64,000 nt of DNA from Candidatus Sumerlaeia bacterium (GTDB lineage Bacteria > Sumerlaeota > Sumerlaeia > MVZB01), in assembly GCA_039683515.1 (NCBI GenBank), contig JBDKRG010000040.1:1751-65750 (forward strand), read 5' to 3'. Below are positions 47,680 to 57,988 of this stretch, piece after piece. Below the pieces are notes generated by a model, which saw nothing but the letters and a program-made list of their open reading frames with translations, made no database searches and was not told the DNA's origin. Numbering within the stretch: position 1 is the first letter of the stretch; the number at the start of each line of letters is the position of its first letter. The translations under genes were made by a program, and so were the position numbers.

Positions 47680-50550
47680 ATGGCCGGCATGACCGTCAAC
47701 TCCCTGCTCCGTTCCAAGATCCGCGGCGAGGTCCTCGACGACCCGGTTTCGCTTGGGCTCTATGCCACCGACGCCAGCATGTTCCAGATCATGCCGCTGG
47801 CCGTCGTCGTGCCGCGCGACCGCGAAGACGCCCTTGCCGCCATGGCGTGTTGCGCCGCCTGCAACGTCCCGATCCTGCCGCGCGGCGGCGGGACGTCGCT
47901 CTCGGGCCAGACCGTCGCGCGCGCGGTGGTGATCGACTGCTCGAAGTACATGCGGCGGCTCCTCGAGGTCAACGTCGGGGAGCGCTGGGCGCGCGTCGAG
48001 CCGGGGCTCGTGCGCGACGAGCTCAACGCGATGCTCAAGCCCCACGGCCTGCACTTCGCGCCCGACCCGGCGACCTCGAGCCGGGCCGCCATCGGCGGGA
48101 TGATCTCGAACAACTCGGCCGGCATGCGCTCGATCCTCTACGGCACGACGATCCACCACCTGCTCGAGGTCGAGCTGGCGCTTTCGACCGGGGACGTGTT
48201 GAAGCTCGGCCCGATCGGCCCAAACGAATACGAAGCCCAATGCGCGCGCCCGGGACGCGAGGGCGAGCTTTATCGCGGATTCAAGCATCTCATCGAATCC
48301 AACCGCGCCGAGATCGTCGCGCGCTACCCGAAAGTCATGCGCCGCTGCGGCGGCTACGCGCTCGACGCGTTCGCGCGCGACTGCCCGTGGAACATGGCGC
48401 ACATCGTCTCGGCGAGCGAGGGGACGCTCGGGCTGATCCTCGAGGCGAAAATCAATCTGGAGCCGCTGCCGAAGATGCGCGCGCTGTGCGCGCCGCATTT
48501 CGCCAGTCTCGCCGAGTGCCTGCGCGCCGTGGCGCCGATCGTCGAGTGCGGGCCGTCGTCGGTGGAGCTCATGGACGGGATCATCATCGACCGCGCGCGC
48601 GCCAACCTGCTGACCAGGAACATGTGCGGGTTCATCGAGGGGGAGCCGGCCGGCGTGCTGACGGTCGAGTTCTTCGGCGAGACGCGGGAGGAGCTTGCCG
48701 GCAAGATCGACCGCGTGGCCGCGCGGCTGCGCCAGGAGAAGCTCGGCTACGCCTGCCCGCGCATGCTCGACGCCCGGAGCATCGACGAGGCGTGGACGAT
48801 GCGCGAGAACGCGCTGGGGCTCATGACGACGGTCAAGGGGACGCACAAGCCGGTGCCGTTCATCGAGGACGCCGCCGTGCCGCTCGAGCACCTGCCCGGC
48901 TACGTCGAGGAGGTCGTGGCGATCTGCGCCAGGCACGGCCGGCGCGTGTCGGTGTTCGCGCACGCCAGCGTCGGCCTGATCCACATCCGCCCGCTCCTGG
49001 ACCTGCACGACCGCGCCGAGATGGAGGTGTTCAAAGCGATCCAGTCGGAGGTCTTCGAGCGCGTTTTGCATTACCGGGGCTCGTTCAGCAGCGAGCACGG
49101 CGACGGCCTCGTGCGCGGCGGGTTTAACGAGCGATTTTTCGGGGCGCGGCTTTACGCGGCGTTCCGCGAGCTCAAGGGGCTGTTCGATCCGGCCGGCCTC
49201 ATGAACCCGGGCAAGATCGTCGACACGCCGCCGGTCGACCAGAACATGCGGTTCTTCCCGGGCTACCGCCAGGTGTTCGACAAGCCGATGTTCCACTGGC
49301 GCGAGGAGGAGGGCTTCCGCGCCGCCGTCGAAATGTGCACGGGGGTCGGCGCATGCCGCAAGATGGCCGGCTCGATGTGCCCCTCATTCAAGGTGACGCG
49401 CGACGAGGAGCACTCGACGCGCGGCCGCGCCAACGCCCTGCGGCTGGCGATGACCGGCCAGCTCGGGCCGGGCGCGATCGCCAGCCCGCGCCTGATCGAG
49501 ACGCTCGACCTGTGCGTGGCGTGCAAGAGCTGCGCCAACGAATGCCCGAACAACGTCGACATGACGCGGCTCAAGGCCGAGGCGCTGCACCAGCATCACA
49601 TGAAGTACGGCTCGTCGCCGCGCGAGCGGCTGTTCGGGTTGGCGCCGCGGCGCGCGGCGTGGGCGGCCGGGCCGGCGGCCTCGCTCGCCAACGCGGCGAT
49701 GCGCAGCGGGGCCGTGAAGCTCGCGCTGGAAGTCATGTTCGGGATCGACCGGCGCCGCGCGCTCCCCTCGCTCGCCCAAGAGAAGCTGACAACCTGGTTC
49801 CGCGCGCGCCGGAGGAAAACCGGCGGCCGGCGCGTGGCGCTGTTCGCCGACACGTGGAGCGAGCATTTCGAGACCGGCGTCGGCCGCGCGGCGGTCGAGG
49901 TCCTGGAGGCCGCCGGCTACGAGGTCGAAGTCGTGCGGCCGGGCTGCTGCCAGCGGCCCGCGATTTCAAAGGGGTTCCTCGAAGACGCCAGGCGCGAGGG
50001 GACCAAGACCATGCGCGGCCTCGAGCCCTATGCGCGCGCCGGCGTCCCGATCCTGATGCTCGAGCCGAGCTGCGCGACCGCCCTCACCGAGGACCTCCCG
50101 GACCTGATCGATGACGCCGAACTGGGGAAAATCGTGCGCGCGGCGGTCCTTCCGATCGAAGACTTCCTGCTCGACGAGATCAAGGCGGGCCGCTGCAAAC
50201 TGCCTTGGCGCGCCTCCGGCGAGCAGATCGAGAAAGTTCTCGTCCACGGCCACTGCCACCAGAAGGCGATCTACGGCGTGCAGGGCCAGATCGCGCTCCT
50301 GCGCGCCGCAAGCCTCGAAGCCGACCTCATCGACGCCGGCTGCTGCGGGATGGCCGGCGCGTTCGGGTACGAGAAGACACACTATGACATTTCGATGAAG
50401 ATGGGCGAGGAGCGCCTCTTCCCCGCGATCCGCTCCGCCGGCCCGGGCACGCAAATCGTCGCCTCGGGCTTTTCCTGCCGGCATCAAATTCAACACGGCA
50501 CCGGCGCGCAAGCCCTGCACCCGATCGAAGTCGTGCGGAAATGCATGTAG
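47680..50550 (+). CDS. FAD-linked oxidase fused to 4Fe-4S and CCG cysteine-rich domains (YdiJ / D-lactate-D-2-hydroxyacid dehydrogenase-like)
   Basis: FAD-binding PCMH domain (RGGGTSLSGQ), two CxxCxxCxxxCP ferredoxin motifs (CTGVGACRKMAGSMCP, CVACKSCANECP) and C-terminal CCG repeats (CCQRP, CCGMAGAFG). The track ORF starts at TTG 47668; the first ATG is 47680. Confidence 0.85.
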   Translation: MAGMTVNSLLRSKIRGEVLDDPVSLGLYATDASMFQIMPLAVVVPRDREDALAAMACCAACNVPILPRGGGTSLSGQTVARAVVIDCSKYMRRLLEVNVGERWARVEPGLVRDELNAMLKPHGLHFAPDPATSSRAAIGGMISNNSAGMRSILYGTTIHHLLEVELALSTGDVLKLGPIGPNEYEAQCARPGREGELYRGFKHLIESNRAEIVARYPKVMRRCGGYALDAFARDCPWNMAHIVSASEGTLGLILEAKINLEPLPKMRALCAPHFASLAECLRAVAPIVECGPSSVELMDGIIIDRARANLLTRNMCGFIEGEPAGVLTVEFFGETREELAGKIDRVAARLRQEKLGYACPRMLDARSIDEAWTMRENALGLMTTVKGTHKPVPFIEDAAVPLEHLPGYVEEVVAICARHGRRVSVFAHASVGLIHIRPLLDLHDRAEMEVFKAIQSEVFERVLHYRGSFSSEHGDGLVRGGFNERFFGARLYAAFRELKGLFDPAGLMNPGKIVDTPPVDQNMRFFPGYRQVFDKPMFHWREEEGFRAAVEMCTGVGACRKMAGSMCPSFKVTRDEEHSTRGRANALRLAMTGQLGPGAIASPRLIETLDLCVACKSCANECPNNVDMTRLKAEALHQHHMKYGSSPRERLFGLAPRRAAWAAGPAASLANAAMRSGAVKLALEVMFGIDRRRALPSLAQEKLTTWFRARRRKTGGRRVALFADTWSEHFETGVGRAAVEVLEAAGYEVEVVRPGCCQRPAISKGFLEDARREGTKTMRGLEPYARAGVPILMLEPSCATALTEDLPDLIDDAELGKIVRAAVLPIEDFLLDEIKAGRCKLPWRASGEQIEKVLVHGHCHQKAIYGVQGQIALLRAASLEADLIDAGCCGMAGAFGYEKTHYDISMKMGEERLFPAIRSAGPGTQIVASGFSCRHQIQHGTGAQALHPIEVVRKCM

Positions 50551-50621
50551 GCCGGGTTCGGCGGACCCCCGGCATGCTCCTCGTGAAGTTTGGGTTCAGC
50601 GTGGTTGGCAAAAATGATGCG

Positions 50622-50716
50622 CCAATGGCCGGCGGGGGCGCCGGCCCCACATCGAAAACAGCTGTTCAGTAGCGAATAGCTCATCGCACTGTGGCGCCGG
50701 CGCCCCCGCCGGCGAT
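50622..50716. repeat. ~95-bp palindromic repeat element (family 2, copy 1)
   Basis: ccaatggccggcgggggcgccggcc...ggcgccggcgcccccgccggcgattcc. The reverse complement is ~85% identical to 55352-55447. The wider insert is bracketed by direct repeats gccgggttcggcggac at 50552-50567 and 50753-50768. Confidence 0.75.
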
Positions 50717-50847
50717 TCCTGTTGCCGTAAAACTTATGACACTCGCCCTCATGCCGGGTTCGGCGGACGCGGCCTACTTTCTCATTTCTCATTTTGCGTT
50801 TTAATTGCATGATAATGAGGAGCAGCCGGGCGGCTGCATCCTATTGA

Positions 50848-52230
<1,383 letters not shown>

Positions 52231-52251
52231 TTCTTCGCAGGAGGCCAGGGG

Positions 52252-53088
52252 ATGTCAGGCATGCTTCAGTTCACCGTCGACGAATCGCTCTGCACGCGCT
52301 GCGGCGAATGCGCGCGCGACTGCCTCGCCGGGATCATCCGGCAGAAGGGGAACAAGCTCCCCTCGATCAACGCGGACCTGGAGCCGCTGTGCATGAAGTG
52401 CCAGCACTGCCTCGCGGTCTGCCCGACGGGGGCGATTTCGATTCTCGGGAAAACCGCGGACGGCAGCGAGCCGCTCGATCTCGGCCGTTTTCCGAGCCTG
52501 GACCAGATGTCGCACCTCGTCCGCGGCCGCCGCAGCGTCCGCCAGTACAAGCAGGAAAACGTCAACGCCGCGCTGATCAAGCGCATCCTGACGACGCTCG
52601 CCCACGTACCGACCGGCGGCAACGCCTGCGAGCTGACGTTCACGGTGATGGGCGACATCGACGCCATGCGCCGGTTCGAGCGGGAGATGATCGCGGCGAT
52701 CCGGTCGGCGAACATGGGCGGCGGGCTGCCGGAGCGCTACCGGCCGATAATGGAGCTCGACGACGACAGGCTCGCCGCGCGGCTGTTCCGCGGCGCGCCG
52801 CACTTCATCGTGGCGTCGGCCCGGCCCGACGCGCCGTGCCCGGCCGAGGACGCCGCGCTCGCCATCGCCAACTTCGAGCTGCTGGCCCTCAGCGCGGGGC
52901 TGGGAAGCGTCTGGTGGGGGTTCTTCAGGATGTTCTCGACCGCGATCCCCGGGCTCAAGACGATGCTGGGCATCCCCGAGGACCACGTGCTGTCGGCGGC
53001 GCTGTTCGGCCACCCGGCGGTCCACTACGCCCGGACGGTGCAAAAAGCCGACGCGGCGGCGATAAGAGTCCTGAGTGCTGAGTGCTGA
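52252..53088 (+). CDS. 4Fe-4S ferredoxin domain fused to a nitroreductase-family domain
   Basis: CTRCGECARDC...CMKCQHCLAVCP (two Cx2Cx2Cx3C motifs), then a nitroreductase fold (RRSVRQY...). The last ~8 codons and the stop lie inside the (ctgagtg)n repeat. Confidence 0.75.
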   Translation: MSGMLQFTVDESLCTRCGECARDCLAGIIRQKGNKLPSINADLEPLCMKCQHCLAVCPTGAISILGKTADGSEPLDLGRFPSLDQMSHLVRGRRSVRQYKQENVNAALIKRILTTLAHVPTGGNACELTFTVMGDIDAMRRFEREMIAAIRSANMGGGLPERYRPIMELDDDRLAARLFRGAPHFIVASARPDAPCPAEDAALAIANFELLALSAGLGSVWWGFFRMFSTAIPGLKTMLGIPEDHVLSAALFGHPAVHYARTVQKADAAAIRVLSAEC

Positions 53089-53133
53089 GTCCTGAGTGCT
53101 GAGTGCTGAGTCCTGAGTGCTGAGTGCTGAGTC
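53066..53133. repeat. Heptamer array (ctgagtg/ctgagtc), about 9 units
   Basis: tcctgagtgctgagtgctgagtcctgagtgctgagtgctgagtcctgagtgctgagtgctgagtcg. It overlaps the 3' end of the nitroreductase gene. Confidence 0.9.
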
Positions 53134-53380
53134 GATGGGCGATTACGCTGTTACGGCTGAATTTGAACGTAAGATGCGCACAAATTTTCATGACCAACGC
53201 GGTAGGATCACAACCCAGCCCCGGCCGGGGCTTTGGTTTCAAAAATGTAATCCGCTCCACTCACATATGCGAGATGGTTATGGCCACGCCAGCTTAGGAT
53301 TCCAATATACGATCGATTTGACAATTGCGCGCGTCGGTTTTGTCGAACCGATCAATCGGTTCGGGTTGATGCGATCTTGA

Positions 53381-53419
53381 CCGTGGGTTGAATCGCGAAA
53401 ACAGCGATTCAACCCACGG
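53381..53419. other. Perfect 16-bp-stem hairpin in a 510-bp lower-GC intergenic region upstream of mreC
   Basis: ccgtgggttgaatcgc gaaaaca gcgattcaacccacgg. No flanking U-run on either strand. A second hairpin, cgaaccgat-caa-atcggttcg, lies at 53344-53363. Confidence 0.5.
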
Positions 53420-53598
53420 CTTTGGAGGTCGAACCGCTGACGCGGTTCTTGAGCAACGGTATTTGGTTCTGGCTATGCCAACTTACGATTGCGAGCACGA
53501 GGACGATTTGCAGCTTCACCTCGCCCTTTCCAATTCGGGCGCATTGATGGTATGAATGGGTCGGTCTGGATTCGAAGCGCCACGGCCGCGTTTGGGCC

Positions 53599-54804
53599 GT
53601 GCAGAACCGGTCGGGTATGGTTTCGCGGACCAATCGCCATCAGATACAGATCAAGATCTCAAGCTCGTGGCGCCGCCGCGCGCGGCTGGGGCTGCTTGCC
53701 GGGCTGATCCTTGCCGGGCTGGCGATCGCGGCGCTCGAAAAATACCGCAGCGCCGAGGCGTTCACGGTCTGGTCGCGCGCCTACGCGAAACTTTCGCCGG
53801 TGCTGGACCCGGCGCGCACGCGAACGCGCCAGTGGGTCATGACCGCGATCAAGCTCAACGAGCTGTGGGCGGTCGAGACCGAAAAGGAAAAACTGGACCG
53901 CGAGCTGACCCGCACCCGGCTGCAGAACGACCTGCTCGCCGAGCAGGTGGGGCGGCTGCAGAGGCTTTCGGGCCTGGGGACGTGGGCCGCGCCGCCGCAG
54001 CTCAGGTTCGTGCAGGCCGACATCACCGGCCTCATCACCAGCGACGAAAGCATGCTGCTGACGATCAACCGCGGGCGCGCCGACGGGATCAGCCCGCGCG
54101 ACCCGGTCGTGGCGCTCGACGGGCTGGTCGGCATGATCCGCTCGGTCCAGGACCACACGGCGCAGGTGCAGGCGATCACTGACCCGATGAGCGTGGTCGG
54201 CGCGGCGACGCGCGACACGCGCGCGCGGGGGGCGCTCTACGGCCGCGGCCGCGGCAAGCCGCTCGAGTTCCTCCCCGAAAACGAGGTCGAGAATTTCAAC
54301 ATCGGCTCGCGGCTGATCACGTCGCGGTTCGAGAATTCCAATTTCCCCAAGGGGATCACGATCGGCGTCATCGAGAAGCGCGACCTGAACCTCTACGGCA
54401 TCCCGGTCGGCGTGGTGCGGTCGGCGGTCTCGTTCGACACGCTGGAGGAAGTGCTCGTGATCATCCCCGCCCACGAGGACGCCCTGGGGACCGGCTCGCT
54501 CGGGGCGATCCGGATCGTCATGCCGCGCGGCGACGAACTGGCCGCCGAGACCACGGGCACGCTCGCGGCCGACCGCGCGACGACCGGGACGGCGTTGACG
54601 AGCCCGACGCTCGCCGCCGCGAACCCGACGAGCGCGACGCTGCGGATGCTGAAACATACGACGTCGACGCTGCAGCGCGCGCAAACGACTTCGGGAACGC
54701 TCGCCACGGGCCGCGACGCGCGGACGACAAAAACCCTTCGCCGCGACACGGCGACAACGCGAACGCGGCGCCGCGCGCGGCCCGCGCCGGAGGCCGCCCC
54801 ATGA
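53599..54804 (+). CDS. mreC: Rod shape-determining protein MreC with a Thr-rich C-terminal extension
   Basis: N-terminal TM helix, coiled coil (LTRTRLQNDLLAEQVGRLQRL), MreC beta-domain motifs (GLITSDESMLLTINRG, DGLVGMI) and a C-terminal T/A/R-rich tail. No mreB upstream. Confidence 0.8.
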   Translation: MQNRSGMVSRTNRHQIQIKISSSWRRRARLGLLAGLILAGLAIAALEKYRSAEAFTVWSRAYAKLSPVLDPARTRTRQWVMTAIKLNELWAVETEKEKLDRELTRTRLQNDLLAEQVGRLQRLSGLGTWAAPPQLRFVQADITGLITSDESMLLTINRGRADGISPRDPVVALDGLVGMIRSVQDHTAQVQAITDPMSVVGAATRDTRARGALYGRGRGKPLEFLPENEVENFNIGSRLITSRFENSNFPKGITIGVIEKRDLNLYGIPVGVVRSAVSFDTLEEVLVIIPAHEDALGTGSLGAIRIVMPRGDELAAETTGTLAADRATTGTALTSPTLAAANPTSATLRMLKHTTSTLQRAQTTSGTLATGRDARTTKTLRRDTATTRTRRRARPAPEAAP

Positions 54805-55322
54805 TCCGGTTCATCGTTTTCATCGTCATCTACCTGTTCGTGGCGCTCGAGATCGAGGCGGGGGTGCTCCCGCAGATCGAGTCGCTGCTGAGCGGCCGCT
54901 ACGAGCTGATGATCGGGCTGCGGATGCTCGCGCTCGGGGCGGTGCTCGCGGGGATGCTGCGCGGCGAGGTCGCGGGGATGCTCGCGGGGCTGGCCGGGGC
55001 GCTCCTGGCGGGGTGCTCGATGCAGGCCGGCTGGCTGGGGGCGGGGATCGTCAGCTTCGCCTTGATCGGTTACCTCGCCGGCCTGATGGCACGCCAGTTC
55101 CGGCTGAACGGGTTCATGTTCCGCTGGTTCACGATTTTCTTCCTGCTGGTTGTCGAGCGGCTGGCGTTCATCATGGCGCGCTGGTTCTTCTGGCGCGACA
55201 GCGGGCTCGTGATCCCGTGGCTGACGCTGATCCTCACGGGGCTGATCGGGAGCGTGATCTACCGGCTGTTCTCGCGCGCGCTGAAATCGAACAACCTATA
55301 CGGCGTGGACGTCGAAGCGTAG
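54801..55322 (+). CDS. mreD: Rod shape-determining protein MreD
   Basis: Polytopic 173-aa membrane protein whose start overlaps the mreC stop (ATGA). Confidence 0.65.
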   Translation: MIRFIVFIVIYLFVALEIEAGVLPQIESLLSGRYELMIGLRMLALGAVLAGMLRGEVAGMLAGLAGALLAGCSMQAGWLGAGIVSFALIGYLAGLMARQFRLNGFMFRWFTIFFLLVVERLAFIMARWFFWRDSGLVIPWLTLILTGLIGSVIYRLFSRALKSNNLYGVDVEA

Positions 55323-55351
55323 AGCGGGCGATAAAAGTTTTCCGGCAATAG

Positions 55352-55447
55352 GAAATCGCCGGCGAGGGCGCCGGCGCCACAGCGCGACAAACTATTCGGC
55401 ACTGACCAGCTGACTTCGATGTGGGGCCGGCGCCCCCGCCGGCCATT
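55352..55447. repeat. Palindromic repeat element family 2, copy 2 (inverted orientation)
   Basis: ggaaatcgccggcgagggcgccggcgccacag...gatgtggggccggcgcccccgccggccatt, matching the reverse complement of 50622-50716. Confidence 0.75.
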
Positions 55448-55476
55448 CACGCATCATTCTTGTCAACCACTCCAGT

Positions 55477-56457
55477 TCACCACTCCTGGCCGGCCAGGAG
55501 CATGACGTGGCGCGGGCAGGCGGGGTCGATCTGCAGGTGCGCGGGACGGCTCCCCCGGAGCAGGTGCAGGACGATCTGCGCGGCGCGGCGGCGCAGCGCC
55601 TCGGCGCACTGGCGGCTCGTGCCGGCGCGCCGGCGGTGATGACGCAGGCCGCTTTGGCTCAGGATCGGGTGAGCAGGACTCACGCGCGACGACAAATCGG
55701 AATCGAAAGCCGCGACGATCGGCCGGCCGCGGTCCATCGATTCGGCCAAGGCGGCCAGGTCGACGAGATCGGGCTGGGACGTGCAGATCAGAACCGACTT
55801 CTCCTTCATCAGCCGCAGCCTCGGGGCGGACAGGAATCCCGCGGTATCCTCCGTCAGCGGCAGGTGCAGCGAAACGATATCAACCAGCCCGAGCAGGTCC
55901 TCGAGAGGCGCCGAACGCACGCCTTCGTTCTCGAAGACGTCGCGGGGGGCGTAGGGGTCGCAGCCCCACAGCTCCATCCCGCAGGGACGCGCGCGCCGGG
56001 CGACGGCGCGGCCGACCTGGCCGAGGCCGATCAGACCAAGCCGCAGCCCGCCGAGCGAGCGCACCGGAAGGCCGGGCGTCTGCCGCAGGCAGTCGAGCAT
56101 GAGGTGCATGGTCTCGTCGGCCCAGTCGTCGGTGGCGAAATCCGGAATGCTCGTGACGTAAATGCCCAGCCGGCGCGCGGCCTCCATGTCGATCGGCGGC
56201 GCCTCGGGGCCGGCGCCGGGGCCGTACTGGACGACCATCAGGCAGCGGCGCGCTCGCTCGAGGATCGCGGCGTCGACCGGCGCATGCCATGTTTGAAGAA
56301 TGGTCGCGCCGGCAAGCTCGGCGCCAAGCTCATCGGCCGACAAGGATTTGGCCTCGACCACGCGCGTCGCAACGCCGCACGCGGCGTAGACCTCGAGCTC
56401 GGCGCCGACGGCGGCCGGCGGGGCGTCAAGGATGAGGATGGTCGGGATAGAGCTCAT
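55477..56457 (-). CDS. D-isomer-specific 2-hydroxyacid dehydrogenase family protein
   Basis: NAD-binding GLIGLGQVGRAVARRA and catalytic-domain pattern HLPLTEDTAGFL...MKEKSVLICTSQPDLVD. Confidence 0.75.
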   Translation of the reverse strand: MSSIPTILILDAPPAAVGAELEVYAACGVATRVVEAKSLSADELGAELAGATILQTWHAPVDAAILERARRCLMVVQYGPGAGPEAPPIDMEAARRLGIYVTSIPDFATDDWADETMHLMLDCLRQTPGLPVRSLGGLRLGLIGLGQVGRAVARRARPCGMELWGCDPYAPRDVFENEGVRSAPLEDLLGLVDIVSLHLPLTEDTAGFLSAPRLRLMKEKSVLICTSQPDLVDLAALAESMDRGRPIVAAFDSDLSSRVSPAHPILSQSGLRHHRRRAGTSRQCAEALRRRAAQIVLHLLRGSRPAHLQIDPACPRHVMLLAGQEW

Positions 56458-56574
56458 GTTGCAGTTTGCCACCGTTTCTCGTGCTCGCCTTGCCAGCCGA
56501 AGCCGCGGCGAAGCGAGCCATTCAAATTGTCACCCCGAAAGAGCGGCATCGTGGAGGATCGATCCGCGCTTTCT

Positions 56575-56700
56575 TGAACTATCTCGCCCTTTCAGGGCTC
56601 GCATCGAAATTTCCGCCCAACCCAGGGTTTCGCTTCGCTTCACCCTGGGCTTTTGAACTATACGACCCTTTCAGGGTCTCACCCCTCTTGAAAGTTTGCG
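56575..56700. repeat. Diverged partial copy of repeat family 1
   Basis: ctttcagggctcgc...ccagggtttcgcttcgcttcaccctgg...ccctttcagggtctcac. It shares the cctgggg-cgcttcgct-cccagg hairpin and tttcag modules with 1853-2060 and 21754-21960. Confidence 0.5.
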
Positions 56701-56743
56701 TGCATCTTGCATTCTAACCCCGCCGATCCGTACTCGTCATCGC

Positions 56744-57859
56744 TCACCAGCCGTTCTTGATTTCTTCGACCAGGCGGCGGTGGGCGGGGAGGGCCAGGAT
56801 GCAGTTGGTCAGGTTGCGCATCGTCCCCCAGTCGAGTTTCTGCTGCTCGCGGCGGCGCACGAGGCAATGCATCGAGCGCGTCCACTGCCGCGGGAACATG
56901 AGCATCGCCCTGAGCAGCGCGCGCTCGACCGGATCGAGCCGGCGTTCCTTTTCATAGACGTCGATCAGGCGGCGCAGCTTGTCGGGATTCCAGCGGTGCG
57001 CGAGACCGAACGTGGCCAGCGGCACGACCAGGTCCGACGGGGCCGGCTTGAGGCTCACCGATTCCAGGTCGAGGAGCCACGGCATCGCGTCGGAGTCCTT
57101 CGCGAGCATGTAGTTGTTCTCGTAGCTGTCGCCGTGGGCGAGGACGAGGGAGCATTGGGCCTCGGTGACGTCGCCGACCTGCGCGTGCAGGTAGGCGTCG
57201 GCCTCGATCGCGAGCTCCGCGAACGCGCCGTTGCGGTCGGCGAACAGCCTGCCGGCGGCGGTGAGCCCCTCGCCGCGGCGGCTGATCTTCGAACTCAGCC
57301 ATTCGAACGACTCGACCTGGCCGTGCCAGATGGTCGAGACCGATTGCGTGAGCGGCTCCTTGAGCGAGCGGCCAAGCTTCGCGGCGGCCTCGTGGCCGCG
57401 GGCGTGCAGGCGGCCGAGCGCGGCCAGGACCGCGGCCACTTCGCGCTCGCGGCGGAAGCTCGGCCGGCGCCCCTCGACGAGCGCCATCACGTAATAGAGC
57501 TGCTTGTTGTGCTTGAGGACGTGGCGGCCGTCGGCGACCGGCCGGATCACGGGGACGAAACTGGGATCGAGCCGGGCGCCCGCGCTCTCGAGCGCGACAA
57601 GCGTCGCATCGAGCTTGTGGCGGCTCATGCCGTCGACGCGGCAGTGCTTGAGGACCCACGCGCCGCCGTCGGCCGGGCGCAGCACGACCTGCGCGCCGTG
57701 ATGCTTGCGCATCGGCTCGACGGTGAGCGCGCCGAAACCCCACGTATTGCGGATCGTCTCGGCGTCGGGAAAATGGGCGTTGGATTCAAGCTCGAACGTC
57801 ATAACCACCCGGCCCAGCATGGCCCGATCCATTGAAATGGTTGGGGGGAATAAAAACAA
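56744..57859 (-). CDS. Phosphotransferase-family (APH/CotS-like) protein-kinase-fold enzyme
   Basis: Brenner-type motif LAHGDSYENNYML (HGDxxxxN) and the downstream LLDLES Asp. Start uncertain (57859 or about 57802). Confidence 0.65.
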   Translation of the reverse strand: MFLFPPTISMDRAMLGRVVMTFELESNAHFPDAETIRNTWGFGALTVEPMRKHHGAQVVLRPADGGAWVLKHCRVDGMSRHKLDATLVALESAGARLDPSFVPVIRPVADGRHVLKHNKQLYYVMALVEGRRPSFRREREVAAVLAALGRLHARGHEAAAKLGRSLKEPLTQSVSTIWHGQVESFEWLSSKISRRGEGLTAAGRLFADRNGAFAELAIEADAYLHAQVGDVTEAQCSLVLAHGDSYENNYMLAKDSDAMPWLLDLESVSLKPAPSDLVVPLATFGLAHRWNPDKLRRLIDVYEKERRLDPVERALLRAMLMFPRQWTRSMHCLVRRREQQKLDWGTMRNLTNCILALPAHRRLVEEIKNGW

Positions 57860-57988
57860 TCAGAAAGAATCGGAGATAATCAGAAAGAAATTCGAAACAA
57901 ATCGGAGGAAATAAAAAAAGAGATCTCTCGATACAGCTCAGAATGAATACGAAACGCAAACAGAATTCGTGCGGCGATGAAATGCGGT

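Noticed and set aside
47572-49296. 574-aa minus-strand ORF (also 50782..52185 -)
   Set aside because: Antisense of the FAD/FeS oxidoreductase and the σ54 activator genes respectively.
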